IMG/VR virus record: IMGVR_UViG_3300033148_005125
Coordinates: 1 to 54,791 of that record
From: a virus
Taxonomy: Duplodnaviria > Caudoviricetes
Length of the DNA: 54,791 nt
Direction: 5' to 3' (one strand)
The position numbers were made by a program, and so were the translations under genes. A model generated the notes under the pieces. The model had not been told where the DNA came from. It saw nothing but the letters and a program-made list of their open reading frames with translations, and ran no database searches. Below, piece by piece: positions 33,473 through 43,851 of this stretch; the first letter of the stretch is position 1, and the number at the start of each line of letters is the position of its first letter.

Positions 33473-34102
33473 ATGGCATATATAGTAGGTGGACCTAGAG
33501 GAAGCACAGGTTGTTGTCAGTTAGTTGGTAATTTACATCTATCTGGTTTTAATGGATGTGTAACTTCTATTAGTGTTAGTGCTAATACTGAAATAAATGC
33601 ACAGTGTGCAGAACCTAGAACAGGTCCTACTATAGGTAATGTATCTTTAAGTGGTTATGCGTCTACTAGTACTTATGTGGGTTGTCCAAGCCAGGCTGGT
33701 GTTTCTATAAATTGGATTAGAAAATATGATTGTGTAAATGACATTGTTTATTTTATACATTCAGGGCAAGGATCGTCTTTTATATCAGGACCTCTTACTG
33801 GAATTACTTATGTGCACATGAATCAGAGTACTGGAAGAACTTACCCAATAATTAATGCTAGTTCTAGTTCAGGCCCGACAGGTTTGTATCTAGAAACCAA
33901 TAGGGAAGATGGTTATGGTATGGGATATACCGGCGATATTTTTACTTTTAATACTTCAAATGAAAATGATTTGATAGTATCTAATTTCGGAGTTGGAAGT
34001 GGTGATATGTATTTGCAAAATTTTAGTTTATCGGCAAATCCAGGGAATTATCCAACAGTTTCATATTCTTTTCTATTCACTATTTCTGAAGGGGGTTTTT
34101 AA
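33473..34102 (+). CDS. hypothetical tail tip protein (possible tube-like fold)
   Basis: Ser/Gly/Cys-rich beta protein ending MYLQNFSLSANPGNYPTVSYSF. Confidence 0.45.
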   Translation: MAYIVGGPRGSTGCCQLVGNLHLSGFNGCVTSISVSANTEINAQCAEPRTGPTIGNVSLSGYASTSTYVGCPSQAGVSINWIRKYDCVNDIVYFIHSGQGSSFISGPLTGITYVHMNQSTGRTYPIINASSSSGPTGLYLETNREDGYGMGYTGDIFTFNTSNENDLIVSNFGVGSGDMYLQNFSLSANPGNYPTVSYSFLFTISEGGF

Positions 34103-34447
34103 ATGGCTGACAATGTAATTGTAATAGATGGCTCTACATATGGGTCTAGTTGGTCTGGTGATGGTACTGTTTTTACTGGCCAGCATTATAGATTAAGAGC
34201 TGGTGCTCCTATGCCTATAGCTGGAGGTGGTTTTGTATTACACACATTTAAAGCAGAGCTAACTGATGTAGATGTATATATGTGTACAGAGTCATTACCT
34301 GGAAGTGATCAGTTTAGAGGTCAAAGGGGCGATTATTTATCTGCTAGTTTTTCTAGATTAAATATAAAAGGTGGAAATACTTTTCAAGGTAAAATTACTA
34401 GAAATCTTAGGTATATTACTGAAGGTAGTGTTTTTACATTTGGTTAA
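34103..34447 (+). CDS. hypothetical virion protein
   Basis: 114-aa ORF abutting the upstream stop. Confidence 0.55.
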   Translation: MADNVIVIDGSTYGSSWSGDGTVFTGQHYRLRAGAPMPIAGGGFVLHTFKAELTDVDVYMCTESLPGSDQFRGQRGDYLSASFSRLNIKGGNTFQGKITRNLRYITEGSVFTFG

Positions 34448-34464
34448 TAAAGGAGGGGTTTGTT

Positions 34465-34695
34465 GTGGCATCATTTATAGAATGTACATCATTAAATTTT
34501 TCTTATGATATCCTTGGTTTGGTAACAGTTAGTTATACAATGGTACATAATACCGCTAACTTAACTGTAGATACTAGTATTGATGCCGGCGGACAAACTT
34601 TTAGAGGGTATGTTATGGATGCATCTATGAACCCTATACCTAATACTATTGGATGGTATGAAACACATGTAACTTTAATTGCTACTACTAATTAA
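34465..34695 (+). CDS. hypothetical protein (GTG start)
   Basis: SD AAGGAGG upstream; 76 aa. Confidence 0.6.
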   Translation: MASFIECTSLNFSYDILGLVTVSYTMVHNTANLTVDTSIDAGGQTFRGYVMDASMNPIPNTIGWYETHVTLIATTN

Positions 34696-34709
34696 TAGGG
34701 AGACTATAT

Positions 34710-34916
34710 ATGGCTTGTGGAGGATGTTCTAAGAAAAAAGCTGCTAGGCGAGTAACAGCTGTTAATAAAGATGGTGTTATGGGTGGATATGGACATTTAA
34801 CTGATAGACAAATTAAAGCTAGGTTGGAAGTTTATAAGAAAAAATATTGTAAGGATTGTGATAAACGTTATGAGTGTGATTACAAAATGTATGTAGAATG
34901 TAAAAAAAATAAATAA
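34710..34916 (+). CDS. small basic Cys-rich protein
   Basis: MACGGC...CKDC....C......C; SD GGGAG. Confidence 0.6.
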   Translation: MACGGCSKKKAARRVTAVNKDGVMGGYGHLTDRQIKARLEVYKKKYCKDCDKRYECDYKMYVECKKNK

Positions 34917-34964
34917 AGTAACCTTTGTAATAATAGAGGAATTAACTAATTGAGGAGGTTTATA

Positions 34965-35609
34965 ATGAGCATTGTAATAGGAGCAACTACAACGGTTTCT
35001 TTTCCATATGGTGAATGTGTTGTGTCTGTAAGCTGGGGTTATAATCCAAATGTGCAAAGATTATATTGTTTGGGCAGTTGGGATGTTTTTGATACAATAG
35101 AAAAACCTACTGAAACTTTTAATGTAACCATATATGCTCCTGGAAGTTCAATGAATGTGTTACCCACTGGTGAATGTGCTAATGCCTCTCCTCTAATAAC
35201 AGCTTCAGTTTCACCTACAGTTTGTGGTGATCCTGTGCCGGGCGTTTCCGGCGATTGGTATTTAACAAGTTATGGTTTTAATAAAGACGATCCGGTTGGT
35301 CCAGGACAGGAAACGTGGTCAATGACTAGATGGGTTGCTGGTGGTAGCACACCACTTCCTACTTATGTTATCAGAGGTATAGCCGAAGGCCAAGCCTCTA
35401 ATGTTGATGGTGTAGTTAATTCCGGAGTTATTTTTACTGGGATAACTACAGAAGCAACAACTGGTAGTGTTTCTGCCGGCGCTGTTAGTGTAGGAAGGGC
35501 TTATACTAATACTGTTGGTCAAGTAGTCAGTGTTGGTGGCGGAACAAATGCAGGAGGAGAAACAGGAACAGCAAGTGTATCAATACCATATACACCATTA
35601 TGGTTATAA
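34965..35609 (+). CDS. putative tube-fold tail tip protein
   Basis: Start refined to ATG 34965 (SD GAGGAGG). VSVSWGYNPNVQRLYCLGS..DTIEKPTETFNVTIY parallels the tube-protein N-terminal pattern. Confidence 0.45.
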   Translation: MSIVIGATTTVSFPYGECVVSVSWGYNPNVQRLYCLGSWDVFDTIEKPTETFNVTIYAPGSSMNVLPTGECANASPLITASVSPTVCGDPVPGVSGDWYLTSYGFNKDDPVGPGQETWSMTRWVAGGSTPLPTYVIRGIAEGQASNVDGVVNSGVIFTGITTEATTGSVSAGAVSVGRAYTNTVGQVVSVGGGTNAGGETGTASVSIPYTPLWL

Positions 35610-35621
35610 AGGAGAAGGATT

Positions 35622-36053
35622 ATGGCTAAATTTTTATTATCTGAAAAATACAGGCTTGAGTTTCATTGGAAAAAAGTTAAATATGAATGTGAAGGAATTT
35701 GTAATTTAGAGAAAGCTTATTTTTCTGGTCCAGCTTTATTAGATGCTGAAGAGGTTTTACCTAATGATGAGATTTTGTTAGATTTTTATTCACAATATAT
35801 TGTTTTAGTCAAAAATGTTTATGTAGGAAAATTATCGTGGAGCGCTGTAAAATATAATAAGAATAATATTATAAGTTTAACGGATGCTAAAATAACACAT
35901 ACCACAGAGTTAAATAGAGTCCCAAAACTTAATAATAATGATTACTTAGTTATAGACACAAGAAATCATGAAGCAGCAGTCCACATGTTTAATTTAACTT
36001 ATAAAACATATGTTGTTAATAAAGCTGGAGAACCGTATAATTTTAAAAGATAA
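35622..36053 (+). CDS. hypothetical protein
   Basis: 143 aa; SD AAGGAG. Confidence 0.6.
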   Translation: MAKFLLSEKYRLEFHWKKVKYECEGICNLEKAYFSGPALLDAEEVLPNDEILLDFYSQYIVLVKNVYVGKLSWSAVKYNKNNIISLTDAKITHTTELNRVPKLNNNDYLVIDTRNHEAAVHMFNLTYKTYVVNKAGEPYNFKR

Positions 36054-36064
36054 AGGAATAAAAA

Positions 36065-36565
36065 ATGGCAAGATGTAGACCAGATTGTGTTACAACTTAT
36101 TCAGGCACCAACAGAGAGAAGTGGGACTATGTAAGAAGCCTTTATTTTGGAGATTATGTGGAAATTAGAGCTGTTGATGATGAGGCAAGGATTGCATATG
36201 AAATTGCATTAACGGCTTTGTTTGGTGAGGACGAGGCTTCTTGGCTTGCGCGCGCAGCTAGCACACCATTTGAGAGATGGATGCAGTGGAAATATGAATA
36301 TGGTACTGGGGCTTATGCTAATTTACCACAATATAAAATTGATAACCATGTGGGACGTTGTTATGCTGCATGCCCTTATTCTACAGAAGCAACAGATTTA
36401 AGATCAGAACATATGTTGGGTGCAGTACCAACAAAAGTTACTCATACAGTAGGTGATGTGACACATTATATGGAGATAGCTTATCAAGGAAAATGGGGGT
36501 TTAGATGTACATATGATGGCTGTCCATATTATTTGACAAACGGAGTTAGATATTTTTATTGTTAA
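36065..36565 (+). CDS. hypothetical Cys-containing protein
   Basis: 166 aa; CYAACPY and CTYDGCPY motifs. Confidence 0.6.
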   Translation: MARCRPDCVTTYSGTNREKWDYVRSLYFGDYVEIRAVDDEARIAYEIALTALFGEDEASWLARAASTPFERWMQWKYEYGTGAYANLPQYKIDNHVGRCYAACPYSTEATDLRSEHMLGAVPTKVTHTVGDVTHYMEIAYQGKWGFRCTYDGCPYYLTNGVRYFYC

Positions 36566-36589
36566 AATTATATAGGGGGTATTTAAAAC

Positions 36590-37576
36590 ATGGCTATAAA
36601 TATAAGCACACAAGATTTAATAAATTATCCAGGCACAGTTAAAACTGTTACTGTAGATCAAAGTTCAATAGTTCCTGCAGGGTATGAAGGGGATGAGCAG
36701 TATGTTCAAAAATTTTCTACTACTGCTTATAGTGACATAGCTACTACTACAGCTATTCAGGCTATATATGTTACTAATTTTAAAGCAGGGTGGTGTAAAA
36801 GTTCTGGTTTTGCAGGCGCCGGCGGAAAATTTAGTTTAGATTCAACTCATTATAAACTTAATGTTAAAATAGATGCTACTACAACTACAAGTGGAAGTAG
36901 TATAGGTGATGGTTATTATGAAATATCATTATCCTATAACGTAGATGAAACACCAGTAGATGGTAGTGCTGTTGCTGCTGATATGGAAGAAAAAATAAGA
37001 GCTATATCATTACATACAGAAGACACTGGATTTTCTCTTCCTTATTTAAATGCTTCTGTAGAGTATACAGATGGTAAATTTTATATAGTTTCAGGAAGTA
37101 TAGGTAATTATTTCAGTGGAGATGATAGAAGTTCTGTTAAAGTGATGGCTGCAGCTGCAACTGATTGTTCTATAGAATTAGGATTTAATTTATCATTAGA
37201 TAGTGAAACATTAGATGGTATTGCAATTAAAGAATCTTATATAACATCTAGTTATACTACTGATACTACACCTTTAGTTATAGCTGCCGGTACTGGTGTT
37301 ACAGCTGGTGATTGTTTAATGATAACTGATGGGACTAACACTGATTATTTTACTGCTATATCAGGAACTACTAGTACTAGTGTTGTGGTACCTACTAGTG
37401 GTAATAATAGTTATGTTGGTATAGCTAATGATTATACTACTGTTAGTGGTGCTAGAGTACAAATTCTTAATCAACAAGATCCTGAAGGTACACCCACTAT
37501 GTGGTATAAAGATATAGATTCTATAGTTCGTTGGGGTGTAAAGTCTATTGTTAATCAAATAGATTATTCTAGTTAA
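36590..37576 (+). CDS. virion structural protein (Ser/Thr-rich), shares a domain with 46672..48204
   Basis: AVAADMEEKIRA...YLNASVEY...IELGF parallels SVARDITEKIHA...YENAQCVW...LELGF. Confidence 0.55.
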   Translation: MAINISTQDLINYPGTVKTVTVDQSSIVPAGYEGDEQYVQKFSTTAYSDIATTTAIQAIYVTNFKAGWCKSSGFAGAGGKFSLDSTHYKLNVKIDATTTTSGSSIGDGYYEISLSYNVDETPVDGSAVAADMEEKIRAISLHTEDTGFSLPYLNASVEYTDGKFYIVSGSIGNYFSGDDRSSVKVMAAAATDCSIELGFNLSLDSETLDGIAIKESYITSSYTTDTTPLVIAAGTGVTAGDCLMITDGTNTDYFTAISGTTSTSVVVPTSGNNSYVGIANDYTTVSGARVQILNQQDPEGTPTMWYKDIDSIVRWGVKSIVNQIDYSS

Positions 37577-37597
37577 TTTGTAAATTGAGGTGTTTAG

Positions 37598-38092
37598 ATG
37601 GCACAGTTTTTAATTAGAAATTCACTTAATCCACAAAAAGTGGTTAGTTGTGGTATAACTTTTGAACAAGTAACTACCAAAGGTGGTATGGGTGAGCCAA
37701 TTTGGGTAATAGAGTTGGCTACAGATGAGCCTCATAAAAATGGTGGTAATATACCTCCTGAATTTATAAATTTAACTAGTTTAGATAATTTAGATGAAGA
37801 AATAGAAAAAGCGGTTGAAATACTATCTGAAAAGATTGATTGGACTCCGTTAGAAATTGATTTAAGACCCCCATTTGTTGAATCATGTTACCCATCAAGT
37901 TATGAAGTAGATATAGAAAGTTCTATAGAAATAATTTTAAAAGATTTATTACCAGCCGCCGGAATAGATATAGATAGTATAAACATGACGATAAATGATT
38001 TTGATGTCACATCAGAATTAGAAATAAGTGGTGATCCTTATGAATATACTTTAAAATGGAAACCATTTATACGTGTTTATAGTGAAGAATAA
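37598..38092 (+). CDS. virion protein with C-terminal Ig-like module
   Basis: PPFVESCYPS...IEIILKD...GIDIDSINMTIN module also present in 40413..43139. Confidence 0.5.
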   Translation: MAQFLIRNSLNPQKVVSCGITFEQVTTKGGMGEPIWVIELATDEPHKNGGNIPPEFINLTSLDNLDEEIEKAVEILSEKIDWTPLEIDLRPPFVESCYPSSYEVDIESSIEIILKDLLPAAGIDIDSINMTINDFDVTSELEISGDPYEYTLKWKPFIRVYSEE

Positions 38093-38110
38093 GGTTTATA
38101 GGAGGAATTT

Positions 38111-38560
38111 ATGGTTAAGGCAGAGGAATTTTGGAGTTTTTTATGTAACGAATTAGATTACAGGTTTTTTGCTGGCATACCATGTAAAGGATTAAAACCC
38201 TTATATGATACAATGAGCCCAGAATTTATGCATTATATACCAGCTGTTAATGAACGTGTTGCCGCAGGAATGTGTAATGGTGCTCGTCTTGCTGGTGTGA
38301 AAAGTGCTATGTTAATAGATTTAAAAAATATATATTCTATATTTGATTTAATATTTAATTTTAACAGTATCTATAAGATTCCATTTTTAATTATAGCATA
38401 TGAAAATAATAAAATTAATTTAAATAAAATAGGTTTTGATGTAAAGCATAAATATTTAAGTAAGACTTTATTTAAGCCAAGTTTGAGGAAATTTGTAAAG
38501 GTTGTGGAAGAGGATAATACAACAGGAATTGTAATTATAAAGGAGGGGGTATTAGAATGA
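38111..38560 (+). CDS. ComD / phosphonopyruvate decarboxylase N-domain-like protein (divergent)
   Basis: FFAGIPCKGLKPL...HYIPAVNERVAAGMCNGARLAG and YKIPFLII match the PYR domain of sulfopyruvate/phosphonopyruvate decarboxylases. Confidence 0.75.
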   Translation: MVKAEEFWSFLCNELDYRFFAGIPCKGLKPLYDTMSPEFMHYIPAVNERVAAGMCNGARLAGVKSAMLIDLKNIYSIFDLIFNFNSIYKIPFLIIAYENNKINLNKIGFDVKHKYLSKTLFKPSLRKFVKVVEEDNTTGIVIIKEGVLE

Positions 38561-39153
38561 AACGTTTTACATTAAGTAGACTTTTTTTATCTTTATTGGA
38601 AGATAATGATGTGGTGATTGTAGCTGGAAAAGGTCTGTGTGAAGAGGCTCATAGATATGATAAAAAAGGTTATTTTTATATAGAAAATTCTAATGGTGTA
38701 GCATCATCTTTAGCCCTTGGTATAGCAATACACACAGATAAAAGAGTTTTTGTTTTATGTAGTGATTGTGATTTTTTGAAAGAACTGGGCACCGCACCCC
38801 AAATATCAGTTAGTAGATGTAATAATATTTTTTATGTAATATTTAATGAAGGCATCTATTCTGATGAAGGTAGTTTTCCCACTATAATAGAATCAATACC
38901 TTCTTTCATGGGTATGTTATTTGATTTTGGTTTTGGTGTTAGTAATTATTCAGATTTTTTTTATAAAAAAGGGTCTATGAAGCAATTAAAACATGTCCTT
39001 AGTAGAACAAAAGGTCCAAGGGCCATAGTTATAAATGTAGGTGATGGATACAAAAAATTTGATGAAATACCTTATTCAGAGATAGAATTAAAAGATAGAA
39101 TAAGTGAGTTTATATGTAATATTGATTTAGGAACATCAATGGCTAAAAGTTAG
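38557..39153 (+). CDS. ComE / phosphonopyruvate decarboxylase C-domain-like protein (ThDP motif degenerate)
   Basis: MKRF.., FYIENSNGVASSLALGIA, KRVFVLCSDCDFLKELG, NIFYVIFNEGIY, GP; ATGA overlap with the alpha-like gene. Confidence 0.75.
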   Translation: MKRFTLSRLFLSLLEDNDVVIVAGKGLCEEAHRYDKKGYFYIENSNGVASSLALGIAIHTDKRVFVLCSDCDFLKELGTAPQISVSRCNNIFYVIFNEGIYSDEGSFPTIIESIPSFMGMLFDFGFGVSNYSDFFYKKGSMKQLKHVLSRTKGPRAIVINVGDGYKKFDEIPYSEIELKDRISEFICNIDLGTSMAKS

Positions 39154-39179
39154 TTTTATTACATTGGAGGAATACCAAT

Positions 39180-40400
39180 ATGGCTTATGAGAATATAACA
39201 TTTAGAAAAAGAAACGTGGTTATGGTAGATGGTTATTTTTATATGATTGATGAGGATTTGGATAATTTGGTTGTTAAAACAGATGATGGTACACAAGCAT
39301 TTTCTTATCCTCTTGATACTACTATTACTACAGAAATTTCAAGTTTAGAATATGATGGAAGAAATTTTTGGACCTTAGAAAACTTAGCTGCTAATGATAT
39401 TAGGATTAGAAGATGGTATATAGATAACTATGTTTTAAAGTTGAGAACCACTTTTAGTTTAGTTGAGACAGGCAGCCATAAGTATGAATCTGATGCTTTT
39501 ACTGTTGAGCATTATCATATAGAATTTAGTGGTGATGAGGTTGTTGGACAAAATATATTAAGTATCACAGATGGTTCCAAATTATCAAGTGGTATGACTA
39601 TAACTTTAGGTCCTAATTCTTCTGGTCAAGTAGAAGAATGTACTGTTAACTCGGCAGGCGCTGATTGGGTTCAAATTAATGGAACAACCACATATGCTTA
39701 TAGTAGTGGAGATTCAATTTGTTTTTATAATAATTTTTGGATTTTTAACGATTGGGATGGTTTAGATTCTACTGGTGCATTATATAAATTTAGTGCTTAT
39801 ACTGGATCTCTTGTAACAAAGTATTCTGGCGGAGCTTATGAGTCTGTAGATGCATGTACTTTTTATGATATGTCTGATGTTTATGGCGCAGGATCAGATG
39901 CTATATGTTATATAAAAGGTACCAATATGATATTTTTAGATCCAGATGATATAACTATTAGTTTTGGATCTATGGTGATGGATGCCGTGGAAGATGATAA
40001 TGCAACTGTTATATCTATTTATGATGTGACTATTGAAGGTGATAATGTTTATAGGTTACAATTGAAAGCTACGTATTATGGTACTACTTATACTTTTGCT
40101 AACAGTAACTACAGTTATCAACTTTCAACATTAAATCCATTTATAACAAGTATTAGTTTAAGTGCTGCTCCTGCTATATTACCAGCAGATTTAGTAAGTT
40201 CAAGTATTATTACAGCCATTGTTAAAGACCAATTTTTAAATCCTATTGCAAGTAAATTAGTTTATTTCACCGATGATGATTCTAATGGTTATATTGTTAC
40301 TTCACCTGTTACTACAGATAGTAATGGTGTAGCTACAACAAGTTATAAAGCCGGCAATACAGCTAATGAAGTGAGGATTACTGTAACGGCTCAACAATAA
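39180..40400 (+). CDS. virion protein with C-terminal invasin/intimin-type Ig (Big_1-like) domain
   Basis: SLSAAPAILPAD..SIITAIVKDQFLNPI..VYF..VTTDSNGVATTSY. Confidence 0.65.
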   Translation: MAYENITFRKRNVVMVDGYFYMIDEDLDNLVVKTDDGTQAFSYPLDTTITTEISSLEYDGRNFWTLENLAANDIRIRRWYIDNYVLKLRTTFSLVETGSHKYESDAFTVEHYHIEFSGDEVVGQNILSITDGSKLSSGMTITLGPNSSGQVEECTVNSAGADWVQINGTTTYAYSSGDSICFYNNFWIFNDWDGLDSTGALYKFSAYTGSLVTKYSGGAYESVDACTFYDMSDVYGAGSDAICYIKGTNMIFLDPDDITISFGSMVMDAVEDDNATVISIYDVTIEGDNVYRLQLKATYYGTTYTFANSNYSYQLSTLNPFITSISLSAAPAILPADLVSSSIITAIVKDQFLNPIASKLVYFTDDDSNGYIVTSPVTTDSNGVATTSYKAGNTANEVRITVTAQQ

Positions 40401-40412
40401 AGGACGGTGTAA

Positions 40413-43139
40413 GTGGCTGAAAATATACATTTGAAATATTCAAATTTTTGTTTAGGTCCTAGAGCTACCACTTTTTGTAGTATTAATCAAGATGATGCTA
40501 CAACAATATTGAGAATTAAAAACTCTACTGGTGGTTTGCTTGGTGATTATTTTTTATCTTCTAATATTATAAATGAATTAATACATTTAGAATATGTTGG
40601 GCCTTCTAATCTAACTGAGGAAATAGATGGATTAACTTTTTTTACTATAGAAAAAGTAGATTCTACTAGATGTATTATAAAGCGATACGAAATGCGGACA
40701 AGCTCTAATCAATTAAATATGAAGCAACAAATCGTTAAATATACATCAGGTCTTTATTATTATGATATTAATGCTGCTGCGGTAGAACATTATGAGAGAA
40801 CTTTTTCTCTTCATAATCCTGGAGGAATAAATTATTTAAATATAAATAATACAAATAGGTTAACTTCAGGAACAAGATTATTTTTAGGGCCTAGTAGTGA
40901 TTCAGATAATGTCGGCGCTGCAGAGTTTGTTATAGTTAGTCATATAATAGGAAGCACAGTTTATTTGACATCCGATTTAGTTTATCAATATATTATAGGA
41001 GATCAAATTTCTTTTTATACTGATGTTTATTTGATAAGTAATTTAGGTATGGGTGGGGATACTTCTAGAGGAACTATATTTAAAGTTGATGCAGATAGTG
41101 GAAGTGTCAGTGATATAAATACCGATAAAGTTTATAGAAATATAAGTGCGGCGAGATGGTATCCTCTCAGTGAAACTGTAGCTTCTATAAGCAACAATAA
41201 TTTATTTTTTATAAATCCTTACGCTTCTTATTATAACTGGAAATCAGTGTTTTTAAATAATATAGAAGATGATAATTCAACTTTAATTTCTAATTATGAT
41301 GTAGTATTTGAAGACTATAATATATATCTTTTAGCTAATAAAAAAACTATAAGAGATGATGATGGTAATAGAACTACTGAGGATTGGGGCACTTGGTATA
41401 ATTATGTACCTAATGGTATAGTCCCCTATTCTAATAGTATTGAAATTTATGTTGATGATAATGTAATAATTGGAGATTTAGGTTCTATTACTTTATATGT
41501 AAAAGTAGTAGATCAATTTGGTGTTGGTCTTTCTGGTAAGACTGTTTATTTTACTATGAGCCCTGGTGGGCTTGGTTATTTTACCCCAGTGGGTGCTCAA
41601 GTTGATACAGATATAAATGGAGAGGCTAGTATTATTTTTACTTTTTATGGTGCCGGGGAAGAAGTTGAGAATAGGGATATAGAAATAATGTGTAAAACAG
41701 ATGGTTCATCAGCATCTTTTACTGGTAGCGCTTATATATGGAATTCTATAAAAATTTTTCAAGAATTAAAAGGATTAAATGAAGGAAGATTAGATGCTTG
41801 GGATGATGAATCTGATAGTGAATTAGGTATGATAGCCACTTATTCTGGTATCTCAAGTGAAAATGATATATTTACTAAATCTTTTTTTACTAATCCAGGT
41901 GGTGATTGGTCTCAAAACCCTCAAACAGCTGTACAGGTAGCTACCTATTTACCAGGAATAGTTGTTGGCGATGGTGAAGGACCAGTATATAGTTTTTCAG
42001 CACCTAGTTATTTTTCGAACCCAGATGTATTAAATCCTATGCCAAACAATTTACGACAAGTTGAAGAATTTAATAGTGTAGGTCAAGCAAGGCAGTTAAA
42101 GAATTTTAAATGTTTAACCGAGTATGATGCCGGCGCATTTAAATATGAGGAGCCTTATTCTATAGTACAACAAATAATAGAGTCTTTCGACCTACAACTT
42201 AGTCAGTTAAAAACAAGCGGTCATACATATTGGATTGGAGCAACACCTTATGATTATTTATGGACACATACCAATTTAGATCAATTTATATTTGTAGACG
42301 AAGCTATCCCAGCATTTTGGAGTGTAAAAAATTCAATAGATACAAATATTTGGATAAGACTGAGACCTTATGCTTATAGTTTATCACAAGCGACACTTAG
42401 AATGTTTGTTAGAGAAATTTGGTGGGCCGGAGATACAGGATATGTTGATGTATCTTCTCAATTATCTATAGATGATTTTGATGCTGGTGGTGGTGTATTA
42501 GGTTTAGAGGTAACTTATAATCCAATACAAGATTTTCATAATGATTCTATAGTATATGTTTTTATAGAGGTCTATGATATAGCACCAAGTCCTAATCGTA
42601 TTACAACAAATTATTGGTTTGAAGTAATACCAGATTATAAAGCACCTTATCTTGAAAATTTAAGCCCGAGCCGAGAGCAGGATAATGTTAATGTGGATAC
42701 TGATGTTTATTTTGAAATTAAAGATGATGGTGCAGGTGTAGATATAAATACTTTAGAACTATACATTAATTCAAGAATTGTTACACCAACAAGTATAATT
42801 AAAGTAAGTGATCATCACTACAAGGTTACTTATACACCTTCAACCAATTTCTTTTTTGATAAAAGAATTACAGTTGGAGTTATAGTTGATGATTTAACTG
42901 ATTATGATAATTGGTTAAATGATAGATATGCATTTTATACAATAGAAAGTGATGAAATATATTTTACAGAATTTTCACCTGGTGCTTGTAAGCGTGGTTT
43001 ATCAAGATTTACGGACGTCTCATTTCTCGCGCTGGGAATTGGTTCAGGTGTGGATAGAGATACTCTTAGATTACAAGTAAGAGAGAAGGATGTGACAGAT
43101 CAATCTACAATAGTACCGGTTATTTATAGAATATCTTAA
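40413..43139 (+). CDS. large virion protein, paralog of the upstream gene, with Big_1-like and further Ig-like modules
   Basis: GTG start; shared VEHY, SG..L.LGP.S and DQF motifs; VKVVDQFGVGLSGKTVYF..DTDINGEA; C-terminal APYLENLSP..FEIKDDGAGVD. Confidence 0.65.
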   Translation: MAENIHLKYSNFCLGPRATTFCSINQDDATTILRIKNSTGGLLGDYFLSSNIINELIHLEYVGPSNLTEEIDGLTFFTIEKVDSTRCIIKRYEMRTSSNQLNMKQQIVKYTSGLYYYDINAAAVEHYERTFSLHNPGGINYLNINNTNRLTSGTRLFLGPSSDSDNVGAAEFVIVSHIIGSTVYLTSDLVYQYIIGDQISFYTDVYLISNLGMGGDTSRGTIFKVDADSGSVSDINTDKVYRNISAARWYPLSETVASISNNNLFFINPYASYYNWKSVFLNNIEDDNSTLISNYDVVFEDYNIYLLANKKTIRDDDGNRTTEDWGTWYNYVPNGIVPYSNSIEIYVDDNVIIGDLGSITLYVKVVDQFGVGLSGKTVYFTMSPGGLGYFTPVGAQVDTDINGEASIIFTFYGAGEEVENRDIEIMCKTDGSSASFTGSAYIWNSIKIFQELKGLNEGRLDAWDDESDSELGMIATYSGISSENDIFTKSFFTNPGGDWSQNPQTAVQVATYLPGIVVGDGEGPVYSFSAPSYFSNPDVLNPMPNNLRQVEEFNSVGQARQLKNFKCLTEYDAGAFKYEEPYSIVQQIIESFDLQLSQLKTSGHTYWIGATPYDYLWTHTNLDQFIFVDEAIPAFWSVKNSIDTNIWIRLRPYAYSLSQATLRMFVREIWWAGDTGYVDVSSQLSIDDFDAGGGVLGLEVTYNPIQDFHNDSIVYVFIEVYDIAPSPNRITTNYWFEVIPDYKAPYLENLSPSREQDNVNVDTDVYFEIKDDGAGVDINTLELYINSRIVTPTSIIKVSDHHYKVTYTPSTNFFFDKRITVGVIVDDLTDYDNWLNDRYAFYTIESDEIYFTEFSPGACKRGLSRFTDVSFLALGIGSGVDRDTLRLQVREKDVTDQSTIVPVIYRIS

Positions 43140-43181
43140 ATAAATAATGTAACTTGTCTAATAGGTAGGAGGTAATGAAAC

Positions 43182-43832
43182 ATGGCGACACCAACAATAA
43201 CGTTTTTATTTAATAGTACTGATAGTGATATAGCTTATAGCGGAGCCGGGACCCCCAATGCTACTTATAGCGGTATAAATATCAATTCTGATAAATTAAT
43301 ATTTACTGGAGGTGGTATTCAAGATGATTTACTCACAATACCTACCTGTGCAAGTGGTACAAGATCTGCTACAATAAGACCCAGTGTTACAAGTTATGTT
43401 ATACCAGAAACTTATATTGAAAATTCATTGCTTATGACACATATACCATTAGTAGGTTATAATGCAAATAGATATTGTATGTGTGTATACGTAGATGGTA
43501 CGGCTACAAGTGATGTTTATTTAGAGGCGTGGGATGATAACACACTTTCTACAACCAACCTACCAGTTCTTCAAGGATCTGCAAATTCCAGTAATGAAAG
43601 TTATGTTAATGCTATAAGAACAACTGCTTCTGCGCCGCCTTGGGGACCAGGTTGGGATGGAAACAGTGCTGGAGCAGCTTTTTTAAGAGGTACAAGTGAT
43701 AGAGTAGCTCTGTCAAACACTTCTACGGTGACTGACAAGGCTCTTTATTTTAATATTTATATACGCTTAGAGACAGATTCATCTACATTTCATAATACGC
43801 CAGTATTGGCATTTAGATATTTATATACTTAA
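43182..43832 (+). CDS. virion structural protein, paralog of 44311..45015
   Basis: LEAWDDNTLSTT vs LTAWDDATHSTT; both end Y.YT. Confidence 0.55.
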   Translation: MATPTITFLFNSTDSDIAYSGAGTPNATYSGININSDKLIFTGGGIQDDLLTIPTCASGTRSATIRPSVTSYVIPETYIENSLLMTHIPLVGYNANRYCMCVYVDGTATSDVYLEAWDDNTLSTTNLPVLQGSANSSNESYVNAIRTTASAPPWGPGWDGNSAGAAFLRGTSDRVALSNTSTVTDKALYFNIYIRLETDSSTFHNTPVLAFRYLYT

Positions 43833-43851
43833 AGTTAAGGGAGAGGGGACA

